This document shows positions 47,652 to 57,691 of a stretch of 57,691 nucleotides of DNA, piece after piece (positions within the stretch are counted from its first letter, which is position 1; every line of letters begins with the position of its first letter). This DNA comes from an uncultured Bdellovibrionales bacterium. GTDB lineage: Bacteria > Bdellovibrionota > Bdellovibrionia > Bdellovibrionales > UBA1609. Made by a program: the position numbers and the translations under genes. Location of the stretch: NCBI GenBank assembly GCA_938001965.1, contig CALLBC010000033.1, positions 1 to 57,691 of the forward strand, in the 5' to 3' direction. Below the pieces are notes generated by a model that was not told the origin of the DNA, did no database searches, and was given only the letters and a program-made list of their open reading frames with translations.

Positions 47652-49052
47652 ATGAGCACACAAAACCTATGGGATCAGATTAAAAACTCGCTCAAACTTA
47701 AAAATTCAAATAATGCTTTGGTTCAAATGTGGTTTGAACCAACAAACATTATTTCAATCGATGAGGATGCTGGCGGTAGTAGATTTAAATTATCTGTTCC
47801 TTCTGAATTACACAAATATTGGATAACACAAAATTTATTAGATTCTATTTTCCTAGAAATATCAGCTATTTATGGAAAGCCGTTTCAAATTGAATTTGTG
47901 GTTGAAGATGTTAGTCCAAAGTCTCCAAATGCATCAACGGAGTCTTCAATATTAAATCTTGAACAGGATAATATTAGCTTAACTAGCTCTTATAGTCCGC
48001 AAGTTCCGGCCCAAAAAAATAAAGACTCACTTAATTATGATTATACATTCTCAACCTTTGTAGTTGGAAGAAATAATGAGTTTGCTCATGCAGCTTCATT
48101 TAGTATTTCTGAAAACCCAGGTGGTAATAATTATAATCCACTCTTTATATGTGGGCCTACAGGTATGGGTAAAACTCACTTATTAAATGCTGTGGGTAAT
48201 CAAATTAAAGAAAAGTGCCCTCACTTTAGAGTAAACTATTTATCTGCCGAACGATTTTTAAATGAATGTATTTCTGGAATCAGACGCCAAGAAATGGATA
48301 AATTCAGAAAAAAATTCCGTCAAGATTGCGATGTCTTATTAATGGATGACATTCAGTTTTTAGGGCGTGGTGAGGCTGTTCAGGAAGAATTCTTCCATAC
48401 TCTCAATGATTTCTTTGAAAAAAAGCATCAAGTGGTGGTTGCTAGTGACAGAATGCCTAAGGATATCACAGGCTTAGAAGAAAGAATCCGTACACGATTA
48501 GAGTGGGGATTAATTGCCGATATCCAAATGCCAGACATCGAAACTCGTGTTGCTATCTTAAAATATAAGGCTGAACGAAAAAAGCTCAATATTAATCAAG
48601 AAGTTATTAATTATATTGCTCGAATCTCTAAAAGATCAATTCGAGAACTTGAAGGTAATTTAAATAAGGTAAAAATGTTCTCAGAGCTTCAGGGTCTTCA
48701 TATTACATTAGACTTAGCTAAAAAGGTTTTAGCTACACATGATGACACAACAGCAATGACTATATCTGAAATCCAAAAGCTTGTGGCTGATCATTTTAAA
48801 GTTAAGGTCAGTGATTTAAAGTCTAAATCTAGAACAAAACAGTTAGTAATAGGACGTCAAACAGCCATGTACTTAATCAAAAAACATCTTGATAAGTCAT
48901 TAGTAGATATTGGTAGAGCTTTTGGTGGTAAAGATCACTCAACAGTAATCAATGCTTTAAAGAGAATCGACAGTCAACTTACTACAAATTCTGATTTAAA
49001 GAGTGATATTAAGGAGTTAGAAACACGAATCCACAACATCACAGGGCTGTGA
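47652..49052 (+). CDS. dnaA: Chromosomal replication initiator DnaA
   Basis: YNPLFICGPTGMGKTHL, DDIQF, QEEFFHT, RELEG and FGGKDHSTV motifs. Confidence 0.99.
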   Translation: MSTQNLWDQIKNSLKLKNSNNALVQMWFEPTNIISIDEDAGGSRFKLSVPSELHKYWITQNLLDSIFLEISAIYGKPFQIEFVVEDVSPKSPNASTESSILNLEQDNISLTSSYSPQVPAQKNKDSLNYDYTFSTFVVGRNNEFAHAASFSISENPGGNNYNPLFICGPTGMGKTHLLNAVGNQIKEKCPHFRVNYLSAERFLNECISGIRRQEMDKFRKKFRQDCDVLLMDDIQFLGRGEAVQEEFFHTLNDFFEKKHQVVVASDRMPKDITGLEERIRTRLEWGLIADIQMPDIETRVAILKYKAERKKLNINQEVINYIARISKRSIRELEGNLNKVKMFSELQGLHITLDLAKKVLATHDDTTAMTISEIQKLVADHFKVKVSDLKSKSRTKQLVIGRQTAMYLIKKHLDKSLVDIGRAFGGKDHSTVINALKRIDSQLTTNSDLKSDIKELETRIHNITGL

Positions 49053-49273
49053 ATAACTGATGTTGATAAATATGTTTAAAACTATGTATAAAAAACGTGG
49101 ATAATATTTACCCACAAAATCACTGTGGAAATAGTGGATAAAATCACAAGGTTTATCCACAGTGAAAAGCTAATAATAATAAGTACTTAAACGGTTAATT
49201 GAGTTACTAACGACACTACTACTACTACTAGTTTTTAAATATAACTATAGTAAATAAAACGGAGAATAAAAAA
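49048..49273. other. Replication origin oriC (DnaA-box cluster, DnaA-trios, AT-rich unwinding region)
   Basis: Consensus boxes TGTGAATAA 49048-49056 and TTATCCACA 49153-49161; one-mismatch boxes at 49061, 49085, 49096, 49108, 49124, 49133; (ACT)5A at 49215-49230 followed by an AT-rich tract; dominant gene orientation flips around dnaA. Confidence 0.9.
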
Positions 49274-50401
49274 ATGATCTTTCAAGTAGAAAAAAATGAC
49301 TTTCTAAAAATGATTACAAGAGCACAAAATATTGTAGAAAAAAGAAATACAATGCCAGTATTAGTAAATGTCTTATTAGAAGCTAAAGATAATCAAATTA
49401 AAATATTTGCTACAAACTTAGAAGTTAGCTTAACAGACAACTGTCCAGCGATAATCAAAACAGAAGGTAAAGTAGCAATTGCAGCTAAAAATTTATATGA
49501 ATTAACTAAAGAGTTATCAGATGGAACAATATCATTTGAAAAACAGAAAAATAATTGGTTACAAATTACTCAAAATAAATCAAGATACAATATTGTTGGA
49601 ATTAATCCAGATGAATACCCAGTATTTCCCACATTTGAAACCAATGAGTTTACAAAAATTCAATCAGATTTATTAAAAGAGATGATTGAAAAAACTATTT
49701 ACAGTGTTTCAAATGATGAGACGAGATATCATTTAAACGGAGTCTATTTTGAAAACTTTTTAGAAGGTTCATTATGGAACTTCAGAATGGTAGCTACAGA
49801 TGGCCATAGACTAAGTTTGATAAATAGAAAGTTTGAAAAAAATACTGATTTAAAAGTACCAATGCAAAATGGTGTTATCATTCCAAGAAAAGGTTTGTAC
49901 GAAATTAAGAAATTAATAGATAATTCAGATTACAATGAAATCGAAATGGCTATTGAAGGTGCACAATTATTATTTAAAACAGATTCAACAGTATTAATGA
50001 TTAGATTAATTGAAGGTAAGTATCCTAATTATAAACAGCTTATTCCACAAAACTTAAAAGAAAATATATCTATTGATCGTGAAAAACTATTATCATCATT
50101 AAAAAGAGTTTCTTTATTATCAAATCAAAAATCTAAAGGTGTTACTTTGAATTTTAGTGGCGGTAAAATGGAAATAACTTCAAATAATCCTGACTTAGGA
50201 GACGCTAAAGAAGAATTAGAAGTTAATTACAGTGGTAAAGATTTTAAAATTGGTTTTAATGCAAAATATATTTTAGATGTACTAGCTAATATTGATTCTA
50301 GTGAAATTGATATTTCTTTAAAGGATCATTTATCTCCTGGTTTAATGAGACCAACAAAAGATAATAGTTATACATGTGTAATTATGCCTATGAAGATATA
50401 A
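49274..50401 (+). CDS. dnaN: DNA polymerase III beta sliding clamp
   Basis: ATNLE, ATDGHRL, IIPRKG, LIEGKYPNY, GFNAKY and VIMPM motifs. Confidence 0.98.
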   Translation: MIFQVEKNDFLKMITRAQNIVEKRNTMPVLVNVLLEAKDNQIKIFATNLEVSLTDNCPAIIKTEGKVAIAAKNLYELTKELSDGTISFEKQKNNWLQITQNKSRYNIVGINPDEYPVFPTFETNEFTKIQSDLLKEMIEKTIYSVSNDETRYHLNGVYFENFLEGSLWNFRMVATDGHRLSLINRKFEKNTDLKVPMQNGVIIPRKGLYEIKKLIDNSDYNEIEMAIEGAQLLFKTDSTVLMIRLIEGKYPNYKQLIPQNLKENISIDREKLLSSLKRVSLLSNQKSKGVTLNFSGGKMEITSNNPDLGDAKEELEVNYSGKDFKIGFNAKYILDVLANIDSSEIDISLKDHLSPGLMRPTKDNSYTCVIMPMKI

Positions 50402-53991
<3,590 letters not shown>

Positions 53992-54006
53992 ATTTAAAGG
54001 TAAGTT

Positions 54007-56454
54007 ATGGATATGAATCAAGGTCAAATTACTAATATCGATATAAACAAAGAAATGCGTGATGCTTATTTACAGTACTCCATGAGTGTTATTGTAGGTC
54101 GTGCGTTGCCAGATGTTAGAGATGGCTTAAAGCCAGTACATAGAAGAATTTTATTCGCTATGGAAAAATTAAGTAATCAGCATAATAAACCTTATAAAAA
54201 GTCAGCCCGTATTGTTGGTGATGTAATCGGTAAATATCACCCTCATGGTGATACAGCTGTATATGATTCAATAGTACGTATGGCTCAAGACTTTTCATTA
54301 CGTTACCCGCTAGTAGACGGACAAGGTAACTTTGGTTCAGTAGATGGAGATTCTCCAGCTGCTCAACGTTATACAGAAATTCGTATGACAAAATTATCTG
54401 AAGAGCTCCTTGAAGATATTGATAAAGAAACTGTTAGTTGGGGATTTAATTATGACGATTCATTATTAATTCCAAATGTTTTACCGGCAAAATATCCAAA
54501 TTTATTAGTAAATGGTTCAGCTGGTATCGCCGTAGGTATGGCAACTAATATTCCACCTCATAATTTAGGTGAAGTAGTTTCTGGTTGTATTGAATTAATT
54601 AAAAACCCTGAAATTACGATTGATGAGCTAATGCAATATATTCCAGGGCCAGATTTTCCTACTGCAGCCACAATCTCTGGGCGACAAGGGATTTTATCAG
54701 CCTATAAAAAAGGTCGAGGAATTATAAAGCTACAGGCTGTTGCTGAAATAGTTGAAAAGAAAGATCGTGAACAAATTATTGTTACTGAAATTCCATATCA
54801 GGTTAATAAAGCCAAGCTTATTGAAAGCATTGCTAATCTTGTTAAAGATAAAAAAGTTGAAGGTATATCTGATATTCGTGATGAATCCTCTCGTGAAGGA
54901 ATGCGAATCGTTATAACTATGAAGCGTAATGAAAATGCTCAAGTTGTATTAAATAGACTTTATAAATTTACGCAGATGAGAACGAGCTTCGGTATTATTA
55001 TGCTTGCGCTTAATAGTCAGAACAAGCCAGTAGTGTTTAATTTAAAAAATATGCTGGAAGCTTTTGTTGATCATCGTAAAGTTGTAGTTACACATAGATG
55101 TATTTTTGAACTTAAAAAAGCAGAAGCTAGAGCTCATATTTTAGAAGGTCTAAAAACAGCTCTTGATAATATTGATAAGGTGATTGCCACAATTAGAGCT
55201 AGTAAAGAAACGTCAATTGCAATGGCAAATCTAATTAGTGAGTTTAAGTTTTCTGAAAGGCAAGCGAAAGCAATTTTAGAAATGCGTTTACAGCGTTTAA
55301 CTGGTCTTGAAAGACAGAAAATAATTGATGAATTAGAAGCCATTAAAAAAGAAGTTGAACGTTTAAGAATGATTTTAGCAGATGTACAAGAAATCTATAA
55401 AATTATTGTTGATGAATTAACTGTGATTAAAGAAAAATATGCTGATGTAAGAAAGACTAAATTAGAAGATGCTGCTGATGAAGTTCAAATTGAAGATTTA
55501 ATTCAGAAAGAAGACGTTATTGTTTCAATGACTTATTCAGGTAATATTAAAAGAATTCCTGTTGAACAATACAAGGTACAAAAGCGTGGTGGTAAAGGTG
55601 TTAAGGGTTCAGGCTCTAAAGAAGAAGATTTTGTATGGAAGATTTTCTCAGCGAACACCCATACAACATTATTAGTATTCTCAGATAGAGGTAAATTATA
55701 CTGGCAAAAAGTTCATAAATTACCTCAAGGTTCAAGAACTTCGAAAGGTAAATCAATTAAGAATGTAGTTCAATTAAGTCAAGGTGAAGCGACAAGATCT
55801 ATTGTGACTGTTGAAGAATTTAAAAAAGAAAATTACATTGTGATGCTTACTGAAAAGGGAATAATTAAGAAGACTTCTTTAGAACTATTTTCTAAGCCAA
55901 GGCCTTCTGGAATTATCGCACTATCAATTGATCTAGATGATAACTTAATTGATTCAAAAATGAGTTCATCTGCTGACGATGTACTAATTGTTACTAAGCA
56001 AGGTATGTCTATTAGGTTTGATGAGAATGGTGTTCGTGGAATGGGTCGATCTGCTCGTGGAGTTAAAGGAATAACTTTAGGTAAAGAAGATCAAGTTATT
56101 GGCATGACATTAGTTCCAAAAAATTGCACAGACACTTTACTAATTGTTACTAAGGGTGGGTACGGTAAACGTACTATTTTAGACGAATATCGTGTTCAAA
56201 GTCGCGGTGGTGTAGGAATTATAACTCAGAAGATTAATGATAAAGTTGGTGAAGTTGTTAGTGCGCGCAGAGTTAGAGAAAATGATGAAATCATTATTAC
56301 TACTAATGAAGGGCAAGCTATTCGCATGTCATGTAATGATATTTCAACATTTGGGCGAAACACTCAAGGTGTGAGACTTATTAACTTAAAAGATGGTGAG
56401 TACGTTACAGGTATTGCTGTTTTACGTGATGATGAAGATAAACCATCTGAATAA
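54007..56454 (+). CDS. gyrA: DNA gyrase subunit A
   Basis: [29 protein letters not shown] and GyrA-box QKRGGKG. Confidence 0.99.
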   Translation: MDMNQGQITNIDINKEMRDAYLQYSMSVIVGRALPDVRDGLKPVHRRILFAMEKLSNQHNKPYKKSARIVGDVIGKYHPHGDTAVYDSIVRMAQDFSLRYPLVDGQGNFGSVDGDSPAAQRYTEIRMTKLSEELLEDIDKETVSWGFNYDDSLLIPNVLPAKYPNLLVNGSAGIAVGMATNIPPHNLGEVVSGCIELIKNPEITIDELMQYIPGPDFPTAATISGRQGILSAYKKGRGIIKLQAVAEIVEKKDREQIIVTEIPYQVNKAKLIESIANLVKDKKVEGISDIRDESSREGMRIVITMKRNENAQVVLNRLYKFTQMRTSFGIIMLALNSQNKPVVFNLKNMLEAFVDHRKVVVTHRCIFELKKAEARAHILEGLKTALDNIDKVIATIRASKETSIAMANLISEFKFSERQAKAILEMRLQRLTGLERQKIIDELEAIKKEVERLRMILADVQEIYKIIVDELTVIKEKYADVRKTKLEDAADEVQIEDLIQKEDVIVSMTYSGNIKRIPVEQYKVQKRGGKGVKGSGSKEEDFVWKIFSANTHTTLLVFSDRGKLYWQKVHKLPQGSRTSKGKSIKNVVQLSQGEATRSIVTVEEFKKENYIVMLTEKGIIKKTSLELFSKPRPSGIIALSIDLDDNLIDSKMSSSADDVLIVTKQGMSIRFDENGVRGMGRSARGVKGITLGKEDQVIGMTLVPKNCTDTLLIVTKGGYGKRTILDEYRVQSRGGVGIITQKINDKVGEVVSARRVRENDEIIITTNEGQAIRMSCNDISTFGRNTQGVRLINLKDGEYVTGIAVLRDDEDKPSE

Positions 56455-56550
56455 ACTTAAGTTTCAATCAAAATATTTTACCTTTATAGATAGTTATTAG
56501 TATTAAGTTATTAATAACTATTCTTATTATTTTAAAATAAGGCTTTTAAA

Positions 56551-57030
56551 ATGGCAAAAAATTATATTACTCCAAATGGTTTTGAAAAACTTCAAAATGA
56601 ATTTAAAGAATTATACTATGGAGAACGACCAAAATTAGTAGAAACTATTACATGGGCCGCAGGTAATGGTGATCGCAGTGAAAATGGTGATTATATATAC
56701 GGTAAAAGGCGACTAAGACAAATTGATAGTCGTTTAAAAGTATTGAGAGATAAAATTGAATCTGCTGAAATTGTAAGAAGAGATGACATAGATATATCTA
56801 AAATTGTATTTAGTTGTTTGGTAACAGTTGAAAATGAAGATGGCGAGTTATTAAAGTACCAAATTGTAGGAGAAGATGAGTTTAATATAAAAGAGAATAA
56901 AATCTCATGGAAGTCACCAATGGCAAAAGCTATGTTTGGGAAAAAAGTTGGAGATGAAATTATTGTAAAGAAACCGAGTAGTGAAACATATTACATAGTA
57001 ACGAATATTGAAAAACCAAATGAAGATTAG
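56551..57030 (+). CDS. greB: Transcription elongation factor GreB
   Basis: YITPNG, WAAGNGDRSENGDYIYGKRRLRQIDSR and ISWKSPMA motifs. Confidence 0.93.
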   Translation: MAKNYITPNGFEKLQNEFKELYYGERPKLVETITWAAGNGDRSENGDYIYGKRRLRQIDSRLKVLRDKIESAEIVRRDDIDISKIVFSCLVTVENEDGELLKYQIVGEDEFNIKENKISWKSPMAKAMFGKKVGDEIIVKKPSSETYYIVTNIEKPNED

Positions 57031-57691
57031 TGTAATATTATTTTTATTAATTTTAACGAATTGTTCGATTGATTCTGTTAAGAATGAATTTAGGATTTTC
57101 GAAAAACATAAAAGTAATAGTAATTATGAAAAGTCCCTTAAAAGTTTAAATAAAATACTTTCTATTAGTAAAGATAAGTCTGTAATGAAAAAAGTTTATC
57201 TAGAAATGGCTGATCTGAATTTAGAAAAATTAAAAGATCCAGAATCGGCAATTATAATTTATAAAAAGTTAGCCCAGCTGTCTGGAGATGAAAATGAAAA
57301 GAATGAGTATCAATATTTAATTTCCAAAATATATTTAGAAGATTTAAATGATTTTGATTCAGCTATAAAAGAAGCTAATGGAATAGTTTATGAAAAATCT
57401 AGCAATGAAGTGATAATAAAAGCGAAGCAAATTTTAATTAAATCTTACAAAAATAAAAAAAACTACTTCCAAGCATTAATTGAAGTAAATGATGTTTTAA
57501 ACAACTTAAAAACAGATAAAGAGCGACAGTTTGAGTTTAATATGATGAAGGCTGATATTCTCACTTTAGAAAATAAACACACAGAATCAAATGAGATTTA
57601 TGAGAATTTGATTAAAAACTACCCAAGTCGTGCAATTAATGAAAAAGTTTTCTTGAATATATTGGCTAATTTTGAGGCTATGGGAGCTTAT
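57020..57691 (+). CDS. TPR-like lipoprotein, 3'-truncated by the window edge
   Basis: Hand translation MKISVILFLLILTNC SIDSVKNEF...; frame appears open to the end; helical repeats such as IYLEDLNDFDSAIKE; overlaps the greB stop. Confidence 0.75.
   Translation, partial: MKISVILFLLILTNCSIDSVKNEFRIFEKHKSNSNYEKSLKSLNKILSISKDKSVMKKVYLEMADLNLEKLKDPESAIIIYKKLAQLSGDENEKNEYQYLISKIYLEDLNDFDSAIKEANGIVYEKSSNEVIIKAKQILIKSYKNKKNYFQALIEVNDVLNNLKTDKERQFEFNMMKADILTLENKHTESNEIYENLIKNYPSRAINEKVFLNILANFEAMGAY

Noticed and set aside
56491-56540. AT-only palindromes between gyrA and greB
   Set aside because: Low complexity; no GC stem for a terminator and no independent support.

Overview
AT-rich (roughly one-third GC, by eye) bacterial chromosomal segment containing the replication origin. 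The gene content and order are most consistent with a Bdellovibrionota or related deltaproteobacterial lineage; this is inference, as no search was run. The right half is the canonical ori region: parB-parA, rsmG-mnmG-mnmE-jag-yidC-yidD-rnpA-rpmH on the minus strand, divergent from dnaA-[oriC with DnaA boxes and DnaA-trios]-dnaN-recF-gyrB-gyrA-greB. It also carries two parS sites and a bactofilin gene coupled to parB. The middle holds an F1 plus b/b' ATP synthase cluster lacking atpB/atpE, a membrane-arm-only complex I cluster (nuoA-H-J-K-L-M-N), mfd, a beta-barrel protein and an exported NagZ-like GH3. The left holds a tandem di-heme cytochrome c lipoprotein with a divergent LysR, a subtilase, tatB-tatC, an M16 peptidase, hemW-grpE, an LpoA-like lipoprotein, a one-Cys DksA-like protein and lon. 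No rRNA, tRNA, CRISPR array or transposase was recognised. The best candidate for an undescribed system is an unannotated HTH plus coiled-coil protein (15435-16028) beside a 440-bp intergenic array of TGACTAGTCA-like palindromes. The same motif recurs directly upstream of parA, suggesting an origin-proximal DNA-binding module (regulator or RacA-like anchor) tied to ParABS. Other signals are a lipoprotein gene bracketed by parS sites with a sigma28-like promoter overlapping parS, a Jag protein whose N-terminus resembles the MinD membrane-targeting helix, an RBS-sequestering hairpin, and several apparently leaderless genes.
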